A stretch of DNA of 64,000 bases from the human T2T-CHM13v2.0 reference genome, Homo sapiens. The translations under genes were made by a program, and so were the position numbers. Position 1 is the stretch's first letter, and every line of letters starts with the position of its first letter. Positions 39,114 to 54,810 of this stretch are shown in pieces. The stretch lies in assembly GCF_009914755.1 (NCBI RefSeq), contig NC_060936.1. One strand, written 5' to 3'. The notes under the pieces were generated by a model that saw only the letters and a program-made list of their open reading frames with translations, was not told the DNA's origin and made no database searches.

Positions 39114-39325
39114 AAAAGTGGGTTCCAATGGGCAGTGCAGACTAGGGGCTGAGAGCCTGGGATCTGGAGCCAGATTGCCTGAGTTCAAACCCCAGCTATT
39201 AAACGTGAGCATTCACGTTTAATTCATACTTAGACTGCATGAAGTATCAGTGGAAACAGGTCACCAGGGTACACTGCAAATGGAATTGTTAAGCTAGAAA
39301 AGTCTATGTCGTGTCAAAGAAATTA

Positions 39326-39526
<201 letters not shown>

Positions 39527-41144
39527 TCAAGCACCTCCTGAAAACCTACCTTCATGAAACCTCCCTGGATTGATTTTAAGGGTGGTGATAACTTCAGCAC
39601 TCTTAAATTCAGCCTCATTTCTGCATATTCAGCGTTTCTTCTGACATCCTCTCTTGCCCCCAACACACATACAGTCATTCACCTCCTGCTTCATCTTGTT
39701 GCCTGTATGGGGCACTCTGAGCTCCTGGAATTCTTCTACCTGTGCTGAACACATGTTTCTCTCTCTCTACCTGGACCGTCTTTATTTTCCCTTTTGCCTT
39801 ACTAATACCTTTGAATGTTTGTGGTGATAGTCACATTCTTCCATGCCTTCTACTTTGTGATTTTTAAATCTATGCTGAGATGTCTTTCAAGGATCCAGCT
39901 TGCCATAGAGTCTGATTCTCCTCCTGGATGTCTGTGTAATTGTCTAATACATCAGTCAACACCCAGTATGTGTACAGAATGGTAGTAGAGTTGATCTCCC
40001 TCTTCCTTCTCTACTTATTGAAGTCACTCACTCTTCAAGACCAGGCTCAGGCGTCACCATCTCTATGAAGACTTTCCTCATCTTTCCATTCAAAATCAGT
40101 TGTTCTTCCTTCTCAGCTCCTCAGGACAATGCCTTCACCTCTATTACAGCATGTATTCCATTTAACTTGCTTTAGCTGAGTTTACCTATCCAGTGCGTTC
40201 CTTAGAGTGAGCTGCTTAGGAGCAGAGGGTATAACTGTTTATGTTGAATCAATATAAGTGACGGATGGAATTTTCTTCTTGGCTCTTCTTGGGTTGGTTC
40301 TTTGTCATTTTCTCACTTGGTGGTGACCTCTCCAGGTGCAGCCCCTCATGGACTTTCAGTGTCCCCTCTCAAAAACTAGTCTCCGACAAGGGCCTGAAAC
40401 CCATTCACACGACCTACCTCTTAAGTAATTGATAATGGCTTTAAATTACTGTTTTGTGGCAAAGGCACAATTAGATCATATACTGGTGTAACATGCGTGA
40501 TAATTCAGCGAGATTTCTTCCCCACATGTTATTTAATTACCTGACATTTTCTGTTAAAAATCATTACTTTAGGTCTTTGGGGCCACTTCCAGTTGCCTAT
40601 CACAGAATTTCTAGGTGCATCTCATCTGACCTCATAGCCTCCAGGGAGGCAGCTAGAATCCCATGCAGGGATTCTAATTCCTCTTCTGCAACTGTAGCTT
40701 GGAGAGGTTGTAAATGCCCAATGTTTGTGCCTAGCAAGTGATGGAGCCTCGTGGGGGTGATTTAAAGGCCAAAGCTCTTCTCCTATCCCATGCAGGCTCA
40801 ATACAAGGACCTTTGAGGAAAATAAGCAGCAATAATTAGGTACTAGCTGAGTAGAAATCATGATAGGGACTGAAATTGGACTGACGCGGAACAGAGGGAA
40901 TGAGGGTGGAGACAAGCCCCAGAAAGGTGAGAAAGGAAGAGGGCCAAAGAGAGAAGTTAATTTGTTTCAAAGTTTGGCTGAGGGGAACCTTGAGGAAAGC
41001 TTCCCAGAAAGTGGACTGGGGTATGACAGGCGCAAAGGATGCTTAAATTCCTCCACAGTGGTGTCTGCCTATGTGTCTCAAATGTATGGCTAGTTTTGTG
41101 GTAAACCTTTGGAGAAATATAAGGAACGTGTAAGAAATGGTTTC

Positions 41145-41440
41145 GACTGGGTGCGGTGGCTCATGCCTGTAATCCCAGCACTCTGGGAGGCTGAGGCGGG
41201 TGGATCATGAGGTCAGGAGATCAAGACCATCCTGGCTAACACGGTGAAACCTCTTCTCTACTAAAATACAAAAAAAATTAGCCAGGTGTGTTGGTGGGCA
41301 CCTGTAGTCCCAGCTACTCGGGAGGCTGAGGCAGGAGAATGGCATGAACCTGGGAGGCGGAGCTAGCAGTAAGCCGAGATTGCACCACTGCACTCCAGCC
41401 TGGGCGACAGAGTGAGACTCCGTCTCAAAAAAAAAAAAAA
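41145..41440 (+). mobile_element. AluY-like
   Basis: TSD aagaaatggtttc at 41132-41144 and 41441-41453. Confidence 0.95.
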
Positions 41441-41829
41441 AAGAAATGGTTTCTGTTCTGGTGACTTTTCAGTCTAATTGGGAAAAAATTACATTTAGTA
41501 ATGGTCTTTGAGCGGTTGCACTCTAAGCACTTTACATATTTTAAATTCTCAAAACAAATTTTATATTGTTAGTACTGATTATTATTATTAGTAGTAGTAG
41601 TAGTAGCAGCAATATCCTAATTTAAGTGATAAGGAAACTAAGACAGGATTGAAACTCAGGTCAGAGACATCTTCCCACCACCCGGTAACAAGCCTCCAGC
41701 AGAAATCACTAAGAGTCTGAGAAGACAATATCAAATGCTAAAATACATGCTGCAGGCAGTGAGGACAAGGAGTCACAGCAGCACTAAGGGCTCGGGGAAG
41801 GGGCACTGAGCCAGGTGCCAAGAACCAGG

Positions 41830-41960
41830 GGACTTGGATTTTGGTCCCAATTGTGCCACTTGCTGACCTTGCACTAGCCTCAGTTTCCTCAGCTGTGAAA
41901 TAGAACAATGGCTGTCCTGCCTACTTCATAGGGTGATGATCGAAGGGGATAATGGTGGTA
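41830..41960 (+). mobile_element. MIR fragment
   Basis: gcctcagtttcctcagctgtgaaatag core. Confidence 0.65.
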
Positions 41961-43282
41961 AAAGTGACTCGAAAGTGTCGAGCAAACAGAGGACATCACG
42001 TGGCGTGTTCTGACCTGCTGTTTATGCCGGGCCCATGCCTTGACAGGTGTGCTGGCTTGATGCTTGGGGTCAGTGTGGGCAGTGTGTATGGCACACACGC
42101 TCCTGGTTTCCAGAGCCAGTCCCCCTAGAAAACATCCGGCGGTGGTTGAGGAACTGTGAGAAGCTGCTACGGAGGGCACACAGACTCTTCCATCAAACAG
42201 TGTGAGCCAATGTGAAAGTTTAGAAAATGTGAGAGAGTCAGAGTTTCTTTCCTTTGTGCTTTCAAAAGGCATCTTTTCGCAGTCTGCACAGATTCAAGGG
42301 AGAATTTTGCAGAAGGAAGGAACAAACCATGGACTGCCGGAGCAACCAGCCCCGCCTGTTGGAGCTGAGCAGGCTTAATGGACTTTGCCTTCAATGACGG
42401 AGGTGTCTCCGTGCGTGTGACCTTGGAACAGCTTGGGATTTGGGGTCAAGGTGTCCTCTAGGTCTTTTACTACCTGTCTGACCTTCAGCCAGTTATTTAA
42501 GTTCTTTAACTCTTGTTTTTTCACATATAAAATGAGGACAGCAGAAACATTTACCTCATTTGGTCATCTTGAAGACATAATGAGATAATGTTTTTATCCT
42601 TTAGAAAGCACTTCCTAAGTGCTAGTAATTTTTACTATTACCACTTTGCTTCAACCTCTGCTTATAGAAGTAGAAAATTATCTACTCCATTCTACTCTTG
42701 TGGCCAGTAAGTGATAAATAAGATGATAGCAGTGAAGTGCTTTGAGCACCTCAAAAGAAAAACGTATGAAAAAGGCTGAAGGAGCTCAGCGGTAATTCAG
42801 CTTCAATAAAGATAGTTCCTATGGGGAAGATGGAGGAAGTGAAAATAGCAGGATCTAGGAAATGATATTACCAGGGACAATAAGCATCTCTCTCTTGCTG
42901 TTTCCATATAATAAGGATAAAGGGGAGTCAGAGGATGGCCTTGTTCATGGAACGGGTGATAAGGACACCAGAGGGGTACCTGGCAGCAGCGCTTGTGAGT
43001 CCTAAGGGAGCTTGAAGAATCTGGTAGGCAGGAGATAACTTCATTTTGTCAAGTCCAGTGACCCAAAGATGGGTTGTGCACTCAACTCTTAAGAATTTCT
43101 TACAGCAAAGTAATAAGATAAACCAGAATTCAATAGAAATGGATAATTAGGAGGGGAAAAAATACCCCTCACATTTTAGGTTTCCATCAGTGTAAAAACA
43201 TTGCTTAACAGTCACTGATGAGGTCATTACAAATCCTTCACCAGACATTTAATTAGTTGTGCTTCTTATCTACATGCATTAA

Positions 43283-43612
<330 letters not shown>

Positions 43613-44167
43613 TAATTGTAGTGTGTAATTTTTTCCTGCACTTTTTTTTTCCCATAATACACATGACAACTCATTGAACAGTACAAAAAGTTATCTACAT
43701 AGACTAGGAAAAGTAGATCTCCCTCCCACTACCCTGACCCGAAGTTCCCCTCCCCGCATTCATGTTTAACTCTTTAAAGATGCAATGTTTAGCTAGTGCC
43801 TATGTCTAAGGAAACAAAATCACATTTCTATTTTTAAAAATCTGAAGTCAGTTCAATTTATTTTGCTGCTTCTCAGTCATTTTAATTCACTCTAACTAGC
43901 ACTCAGTGATCCCTTGGGGCCTGATACGAGGTGGGCTTTCAAGGAAAAGGTCTAAGTTCAGACTGCCAGCCCAGGAGGTTGACTCTTCACACTCACTCCC
44001 CACCGTAGCCGGCCTGTTCTGTTCTACCCTAATTCTTGTTCAGGAAGAAACGTCTTTAAGGAGTTCCTTTCAGCAACGGGATTCCAGGATTCGAGACAAG
44101 TTGTATAAACATTCTCTAGTTGGATGCAGCCCTTTCCATCTAAGAGAATCAAAATAATTTACCATAA

Positions 44168-44508
<341 letters not shown>

Positions 44509-45500
44509 ACATATAGTCTTGAATTAGAGTAAGGGTGTCCCCTCCATGAGACATGCAAAATTGCATTTCCTGAAAGTCTGGTAGTGAGCTGGCTGACAAG
44601 GTAGGACGACAGACCATGAGGTCCTTGAAGGGTTGTGTCTTAGTTTTCAGCCACAGCGCTTGGTAGAATGCCAGGCACATGGTAGATCCTATTAAATATC
44701 CATTGAATAAAATGAACAACACTTCGGGTGCATCAAGTGTATCCAGATTTAATTGAAATTTTTGCCATGAGACTCAAACTTGGTTTCCAAGATGTTGACT
44801 CCTGAGTCTTACTATATTCTCTGGAGTTCTGGAACCTGTTTGGTATTCGGAGAGAACTTTCCTCTCTCCTTTTATCTCCTGTCAATATGCATTTAGTACT
44901 TGAAGAGGTTAAACTGTCAATTTCGCATGTTATATATCTTGCAACTTAATTTTGCATGTTGTATATCTTGCAACCAGGTTTAAGGACCTTTGGAGCCTAG
45001 AAGAATAAATGCCTCACACACAGCAAGGTCACAGCAAAAATAATTAATTTATTTATTACAACAATAAAGGGCAAATCATAATTCCTATGTTTTCTTTAGT
45101 TAGAGATTGTCTAACTAATTTTTCTTTCCTTTAATTTGAGCTATATTGGATCAGTTTGCATTTTTCTGTATGCTTTGAGGTGTTTTCTCACGTTTTCTTA
45201 AAATAGAAGATCCAGTCTTTTTCAATATCTATCCCTGCTTTCACCACATTACCCCTTATATAGGTGCACACAAAGGGACCCTCATTTGAATCATTGCTAA
45301 TGGATTGATTATTGTGGATTGTGATCCAATTCTCCACAAACCTGATCTTTAAAAACATTCCAGTTGTCTCATGTTGCCAATAAGTTTCTAACTAGCTTGA
45401 CTTGCTACTGACTGGACACCTTTCAGTTCCACAGAGAAGAATCACCAACTCATACTGGGTACCTGGGTACCTGGGTGTCTGAAACACCCATTAAACCTGT

Positions 45501-45572
45501 TGGATGGATGGATGGATGGATGGATGGATGGATGGATGGATGGATGCATGGACAAATGAATGGGTGGATGGG
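45501..45572. repeat. (GGAT)n tetranucleotide repeat in FGF23 intron 1
   Basis: Direct inspection. Confidence 0.95.
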
Positions 45573-45963
45573 TTGTATACTTGGCCATTCTCACCAAGAC
45601 AACATACATGGACAGTCTGTCTTTAATACATTTTTCCAAGAATTTTTATAAGGCCAGAGTTGGAAAGAGCCCCCAGATTTATCTATAACAATCTGGGTAT
45701 GACCCAGGAATCTTTACAACCTCCCTAGTTAACCCAGTCCAAAGTCCATGAGCTGAAACTTAGTGTCTGTTGATCTGCCTGGCTTCTTTTTCTCTTAGAC
45801 TCCTTGCCTTTCTTTCTGTACATTTTTTCAATCTTTTGACGGGGCAAAGGGAACATGGCTCCTACTGTGGGAAGGGTTTTAGTTGAAATAAAAATTATTC
45901 ATATTGAGAAAAACCAGCAAATGCTAATTAGGAGAGTGACAGAATCTTCCCCTAAGTTTTAAA

Positions 45964-45971
45964 TACACACG

Positions 45972-46002
<31 letters not shown>
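45964..46002. repeat. Interrupted (CA)n about 140 nt into FGF23 intron 1
   Basis: Direct inspection. Confidence 0.9.
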
Positions 46003-46003
<1 letters not shown>

Positions 46004-46134
46004 AAGACAATAAGTGGTTCCTGGGCAGAAAGCTAGGAGGGTTGGATTAGCCCTCCAGTCTAGTCCCCAACCTCCCCAAGCCTCCTGTAGATGGACAACA
46101 AGGGTGCTCCCCTTCTTCCCAGCCTGAAGCCCTA

Positions 46135-46779
<645 letters not shown>

Positions 46780-47070
46780 TCAGTCAAGCAGTCAACCGAC
46801 TCCTAGGCAATTAATCTCCTGTCGAGTTTACTTATTTTGGTTTTCTTTAAATTCCAATCAGCAAGTATGTATCCAGTGCTTAATCTGTGAGCAGGATTTG
46901 GTGGGTAGCTTGCAGGATATAGAGATACATGACACCATCAGGCAGATGGCATCCTCTAAGAACACCCACTTCATGAAAGATGGGAGCTAGGAGCAGGGGC
47001 ACAAAAGCCAAAGTTGCCATTTTGGGAAGATTTTGAAATGGAAGAAAAAGAAGTAAGGCCTTGAGGTCAG

Positions 47071-47162
47071 TGAACATGCCAAGGTTCAGTTTCTCAGCTT
47101 CCTTAGTCTGGACTTCACTGAATATGCCAAGGTTCAATTTCTCAATTTCCCTAGTTTGGACT
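47071..47162. repeat. Two-copy tandem duplication, period 48 bp
   Basis: tgaa(c/t)atgccaaggttca(g/a)tttctca...ggact at 47071-47114 and 47119-47162. Confidence 0.9.
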
Positions 47163-48195
47163 ATCGAGGGCAACTAAACTAGTAGTCTCTCCAGTAGTAA
47201 GGAGACTCATTCAGAGACCTCATGGGGATTGGAACAGCTGCTGGCTGAGCACTGGGGATCCGAGCCTCAGGACAGGGTGTCCCCACATTTAGTGTCTGTA
47301 CATGAGTGCTCAGCTTGGTGTTGGATGCCTGCCTGCAGATGCTGTTCACAGTGAGCCCTCTGGGAAGCTACACCTGATGTCGGGTGGAATAGTCCTGGCA
47401 CATACAGTCTAAAGGGGAGCAAGCTACTGGAACACACACCCGAAAAAACACACAAGGAGTTTGCTATTCTTCCAGTTTCCCTGTACTGAGTATATGCCAT
47501 GTACAGGCATCAAGCTAGACTCATGTACAGGTTGATATAGGAGACAGCAAGATGTGATTCCTATCTTGAGGAGCTCAAATCTAATGCAGGAGGCAGATAA
47601 AAATAAGTAACTATAATACAAAATGAGTGCAAGCTTACAGGTATAGACAGAAAGAGATGGCATTTGTTACCCTACATTTGTACAGTTTTTTTTTATAGTT
47701 TACAAAGCATTTTCACATCTATTAGCTTATTTGAACCTCACTGCCACTCTGTGAGATAGGCACTCCATGCATTATCAAGATTTTAATACTTTACATGAAG
47801 AAATGGAAATCTTAGTGTTTCCATGTCCAAAGGCACAAAGCAAATAAATGGTAGAGCCAGGACAAGGTCTTCTCCTTCCCTAGGCTGCTTCTCCAAAGAA
47901 TCACAGCAAGAACTAACGCTCATGGAGAGCTTACTGTTCCACTTACTGCTCTAAGTGCTTTACTTGTAGTAACCCATTTCATCTTCAGAATAACTCTTTG
48001 AGGAGATGCTGTTATTTTCTTTATATAGATCAGGAAACTGATCTATGCACACAGTTTAAGTAACTTGCCTAGAGATAGAAAGGTAACATGTGGAAGAGGT
48101 TGGATTTGAATCCAGGTCTGGCCCCAAGACCTCCTAAGCACTTTTCAAGGTGTCCAAACCCATACAACATGTTAGAGCTAAAGCCATGAGAGCCA

Positions 48196-49232
<1,037 letters not shown>

Positions 49233-49752
49233 AGGTCATGGTGGGTAGATGCTGTGGTCAAGGAGGGCTTTGAGGGAAGGAGAGAACTGAGGGAGCTTTG
49301 TAGGATACACAGAGAAGGGTTTTCCCCAGCACCTGCCAAGCATGATGGAGAGGGAGCACAGGTGTCTTGGGATAAGTCCACAGCCATTCGGTCATTCCCC
49401 TAGCTCCTGGAGCGACTGGGGAAGGGGCTCCTCCGTGGCCACCTCAGCTTGTCTTATTAGGAAAGAGAGCCCTGTGCCAGCTTACCCAGGTCCAAAGCCT
49501 CCCCTCCAAGAAGAAGCCCTGTGTGCTTAGCATCTGGCTCTAATGGCAGAGTCCAGCCCAGAGGAGTAGACTTATTTTTAAGGAGGATGGGAGGAGAAGC
49601 AGCATTTCCCACTTAGAGAGAGTAAAGGAAGGCGCAAGAATCTCAGATTAATTCTCCCCATTTGAGATAGGGAAACACTGAGAGCGGAGATGAAGATTTG
49701 CCCATTGGAACACGGAGACAGCAGAATGTCCAGCTCCAGGCTGAACTCCCTA

Positions 49753-49920
49753 CCAGTGGCTTCCAAATCTGGCTGCTCACTGGAATTACCTGTGGAGCTT
49801 TAAAGCCATAATTGCCCCAGGACTAATCTTAGACCTACTGAATCTGCAGGGGCAAAAGTCAGTTATTTGTACTTTATTCAAAGCCACCTGGGAGATTCTA
49901 ATTCTCCACACCAGATGTGG
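49753..49920. mobile_element. MER5-like hAT-Charlie element
   Basis: cagtggcttccaaa...ggaattacctgtggagctttaaa...agacctactgaatc...ggagattctaat. Confidence 0.65.
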
Positions 49921-50579
49921 CTGATACTAAAGTACTTATCAATAAACAGGCTTTGAGCGCCAACCACACATCAAGCACTGGAAATAGTACACAGAGACTA
50001 AGGCCCTCTTCAGTGGCAGGCTCAACTTTCCGTTCCCTTCTAGGATGTCCATCCTAACTGCAGGTCAAGATGTAAATGGGCCTTTCTAGGGAATTTAGTA
50101 CTGAATGCTAAATCAGTACCTCGTGCTGACAAGTACCCTGTCCTTGAGTCCAGTGCATGGTCTCCTCTGAAGCTTCAGTGGGTAAGAGAAGGGAGAGGCC
50201 AGGACATGTCGGTTCCTGTCCTTTGCACCTAGAGGGCACTCCTCCGTCACAGTTCAGGTCCAAGGGTCTGGGAACCAGTGTGACCTTAGGAGCCCAAAGA
50301 GAAACACAGATAGATACCAGCTGTGAACAGGAAGCCCAGGGAGGAGGCCCTGGGTTTGTGCTGTTTGGACGTCACTGTCCTTGGTTCCCAGGTAGCTACC
50401 TGAATGCAGCAGATAGGCTGGTCCCATGGCAGGCAGGGAAACCTGTTGTCTCCAGCCTGGTTTGGAACCCACTTCTCTGGCATTAAGAGAATTTGCCCCG
50501 GGAGCTGTGTGGAAGCATCAAGTCTAGTCCCTGCATTTACGCTCATAGAATCAAGGCTCTTAGTATAGATAAGGGCCTA

Positions 50580-50888
<309 letters not shown>

Positions 50889-51914
50889 TATTCCTGCAAG
50901 TTCATTACTTTCCTTCATCTCCTGACTTCTTTTTATCAGCATCTGCTCTGAGAAGGTACTGAAGAAGATTCTCACCCAGATCATGTTCACTCAAAGTAAA
51001 GACTGGGCAATAATTTTCAAACAATAACATCAACTTCATTGTCCTTAGCTGTGATGAAAAAATGTCAGAGGAATCAAGGTAAAAAAAAAAGCTGGGAGAT
51101 AGGAGAGAAGGTGGTCTCACGGTGGCTTGCAGCCTTCTTTTCTTTTTGAGATCCTGGAAGGACCTGGCAGGCCTCTGCTCCCTGTCCCTTCACTCCTCCT
51201 GAGTCTGTCTCCACCATTTCAGTAACGGTGTCCCTGCCCTCTTGCTTTCTCAGAGCATTACATGTCGTCCAGACCTCCAGCGTTCAGGGAGATGGATATC
51301 TAAGCCATCTAGAACAAAAATTTTTTTTTTTTTGGCTTCTTGAAGTTCTCTGGAGAGGTGCCATTCCTGTATCTCATCTGAAAATGTCATCCCAGTGTCA
51401 TCTTGACAGCAAAAATGTGCTTCCCTATAGCCAATCTGATTCTCTCTTGCTTTAATGCATCCAAGCAATCAACACATAACTTTTTATGGAAAGCCTGTTA
51501 TATGGCTACTACCTTGTAGAAAATCTTTAGAGAAGTCTAAGAATGAAAAGGTACAGTCCTGATCTTCAGGGAATTTGCAATCTACTAGGCAGAATATTCT
51601 TTGTATTTGTCTAGCACTTCACAGCCCATAAAGTACACTCATATCTATTGTCTCTTCTGAGGCTCAAAACAGTCCTATGGGCAGGTCTGGGGGGTGTCGG
51701 GGACGACTTTCCCAAGAGCATCCTGGCTCCTGATACACACATTCTGTTATCGTAGGAATTTAAAGAAAAGAGAGAAAAAAAACATGACTTTAAAAAATCT
51801 GTTTTTATTAAAAAGTAGATCAATGCAGAAATGTATGAAGTAGAAAGTGAATATACAATATAGTTTGTAACCTCTAGAGGTAAAATGTTATCAAAGACAA
51901 ATTATAGCTTTAGG

Positions 51915-52150
51915 GCATATATATAAAATATATATTATATTTAATATAATAAAATACATTAATATATTGCCAATAATACATGTTAATAAAATATATAATG
52001 TATTAATAAATATTTAATAAAATATGTATATATTTATATTTATGTATTTCTAAATAGGTACATATTTAACATTATATATTAATACTAAAGTGTATATTAT
52101 ATATAAGTATATATATTTAAATATGCACTTTTATTTTAAAATTTAAAAAA
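51915..52150. repeat. AT-rich low-complexity tract
   Basis: Almost pure A/T with (TA)n pieces. Confidence 0.85.
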
Positions 52151-53277
52151 AATTTTGCATCTATCAGCCAGAAAAATACGCACTTTTAAAAGACAAAATT
52201 GAGGGCATACCGTATATAATATATACCCACTTTGTCCGCTGAAGTCTATTTTGACCACCTTTCCAGGTCAGTATGCATATCTTTACCTCATTCTTTTAAA
52301 TTATTCCATTCCATTGTATTTGAAAGTGGTCAGCTCTTCTGAAAGCTTCATTTCCTTCCAAGCTCTGCCCCAGAGGCTTTTGTGGTGGTTCCCAAGGCCA
52401 CAGGACTTTATGTTTACATGTATGTGTATATACACATACACACCCATTATATACATGTGCATACATACATATAAACAGATACATACACACATATACATAT
52501 AATAATGGCCCTGCATGGGATGGCACTGGTGGCTGGGGTTACCGCAGTTCTCTGCCACATCAAGAACTTACCCCCTTTTAGTCTAGAACCAATACCTCCC
52601 ATAGAATCAGTCTCCAGTTCCCTTCTTTCCCTCCAAATGACATGTTCAATTTCTCCTCCCCAAGACAAAATTTCCAGCTTATTTTTGTCATGGCAGCCTT
52701 TCCAAAATAAAGGCCCACGGGAGGGCTTGTCTTCAGGGCAGCCTTCTCCAATGGGCAAGGAAGCCTGGAATTCCAGCAGCGGGGGGACATCAAGGCTTGG
52801 AAAGGGGTTTGAATCCACAGAAGATGTAGCGGTGCTTCTCCACGGTTCAGCTGTGATAGTTTTCACTTCTGCCACTATGGCCAATAAATCTCCACACTTG
52901 CAGTGATCTCATAAAGACCACACTTGTTAATTTATAAATATGGCCACTGATAGCTGGTAATGACTGCTGATGACAAGGTGACAAGGATGGGCATAGAAGT
53001 GCTATTTACTGAAGCCTTTGGAAAATAAGCTACGATTTTCAAACGTGTAATATAAAATTTGCAACCTATTTTGAACTTAATACAGAGCATAAAGTTTTTA
53101 TAAGAATAGGAAATGTTTGAGGGTATTTAAATATGCATATCTGAGTGTTTATTTAGAAGTTTAAAGTCGTTCAAAAGTATAAAACAGCTATGCTGAGTAT
53201 CAGAATTCTGAAGAACATTAGAAGAGAGAGGGTAACTGAAAAGAAACTGATGCAAAAACCATGCAAAAAGAATGGCT

Positions 53278-53628
53278 GCATAAAAAAGAATGAATTCATG
53301 TCCGTTGCAGCATCATGGATGCAGCTGGAGGCCATTATCCTAAGCAAACTAATGCAGAAACAGAAAACCAAAGACCACATGTTCTCACTTACAAGTGGGA
53401 GCTAGACATTGGGTATGCATGGACATAGAGATGGGAACAACAGACACTGGGAACTACTAGTAGGGGAGGGTAGGAGGGAGGAAAGGCCTGAAAAACTACC
53501 TATTGAGTACTATGCTCACTACGTGGGTGATGGGTTTAATCATTCCCCAGACCTCAGCATCACATAATATGACCTTGTAACAAACTTGCACACGAACCCC
53601 CGATTCTAAAATAAAAGTTGAAAAAAAA
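53278..53628 (+). mobile_element. L1PA15/16-like 3' end
   Basis: ORF2 C-terminal remnant (WMQLEAIILSKL) and 3' UTR ending ctaaaataaaagttgaaaaaaaa. Confidence 0.85.
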
Positions 53629-53899
53629 GTTGGGGGGAATGCCTGGAAACCAGCAGAAACAGAGAAACCAAAGGGCTAATCAACAGCAGGTGCAGATGAG
53701 AGAAGCCAGCCAGGAGCTAATTACGTTAGCCAATGACATAATTACAGGCAAGAGCATCACTGGCAAGTGCTGTGCACAGTGAGTGTGGCCCTGTAAGATG
53801 TTAGGGGCTGTAGCTGAATACAGCTGATACACTATAGGCTGTCATTCATGGGTAGTTAGTTGTCACTTCGTCCACTACCTGAGACAGCTGCACAACAGG

Positions 53900-54448
53900 A
53901 GAACTGAGCACAGGGAGGGCACACAAAGTCAAGGACTGGGGCACAGGGATGTTTGGAGCAGTGGCACGCTTCTGTACGATGCTGTGGGTACATGGCACTA
54001 TGCATTTGTCAAAACCCGTAGAACTGTACGACACAAAGAGTAGACCCTAATGCAAACGGTGGACGTTAGTTAATAATAATGCTTCAATAGTGTTTCATCA
54101 GTGATAACAAATGCACCACACTGATGCAAGATGTTAATAGGGGAAATTGTGTGCAGAGTAGGGAGAAGGAATATATGGGACCTCACACTTTCTGCTTAAC
54201 TTTTCTTTTTTTTTTTTTGTATTTTATTTATCTTTTTTTTATTTTATTTATTTATTTATTTTTTATTATTATACTTTAAGTTTTAGGGTACATGTGCACA
54301 TTGTGCAGGTTAGTTACATATGTATACATGTGCCATGCTGGTGCGCTGCACCCACTAACTCGTCATCTAGCATTAGGTATATCTCCCAATGCTTACCTTT
54401 TCTGTAAACCAGTAACTGCTCTGAAAAATAAAGTCTATCAAAAAAATG
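53900..54448 (+). mobile_element. L1MC/MD-type 3' end interrupted by a young L1 fragment
   Basis: catttgtcaaaaccc...aacaaatgcaccacactgatgcaagatgttaata...ctgtaaacc...aaaaataaagtctat. Confidence 0.75.
54207..54389 (-). mobile_element. Very short 5'-truncated L1PA2-like insertion
   Basis: L1 3' UTR end plus long T/ATTT tail; TSD tgctta(a/c)cttttct at 54193-54206 and 54390-54403. Confidence 0.88.
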
Positions 54449-54676
54449 AGAGCAAAATTCAGCAAAATGGTGAGCAAAATGAGCAAAATGGTGTTTGATC
54501 AATAGGTGTTCAACATTTCATCGCTGCCTGGAATTATTCATTCCAGGATCAGATCCGTGAGATGTGCTGAAACAGCATATATTTCACTGTGCACAGCCAG
54601 TTACCTTTCAGTCCTTTAAAACAAGACAAAAGAAAATTTCTCAACCATCCATGTCACGTGGGTTAGCTCCTCCACA

Positions 54677-54810
54677 TGATCTACCCGCCTCAGCCTCCCA
54701 GAGTGCTGGGATTACAGGTGTGTGCCACCGCACCCTTTTAATTAATTGATTTTATATAATTAAAACTAATGGAAAAATTAAAAATAAGTCATTAAAAGTA
54801 ATGGCAAAAA
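54677..54810 (-). repeat. Inverted copy of 56366-56499 (MADE1/AT-rich/Alu junction)
   Basis: Ungapped manual alignment about 122/134 identical. Confidence 0.92.

Noticed and set aside
52447-52906. Opposing 145-aa and 133-aa ORFs in non-repeat DNA
   Set aside because: No recognisable domain, no poly(A)/TSD of a retrocopy, and one runs into a (TA/CA) repeat; a BLASTX/PhyloCSF hit would change this.
54449-54491. AGCAAAAT repeated four times
   Set aside because: Short slippage repeat at an L1 tail; irregular spacing, not CRISPR-like.
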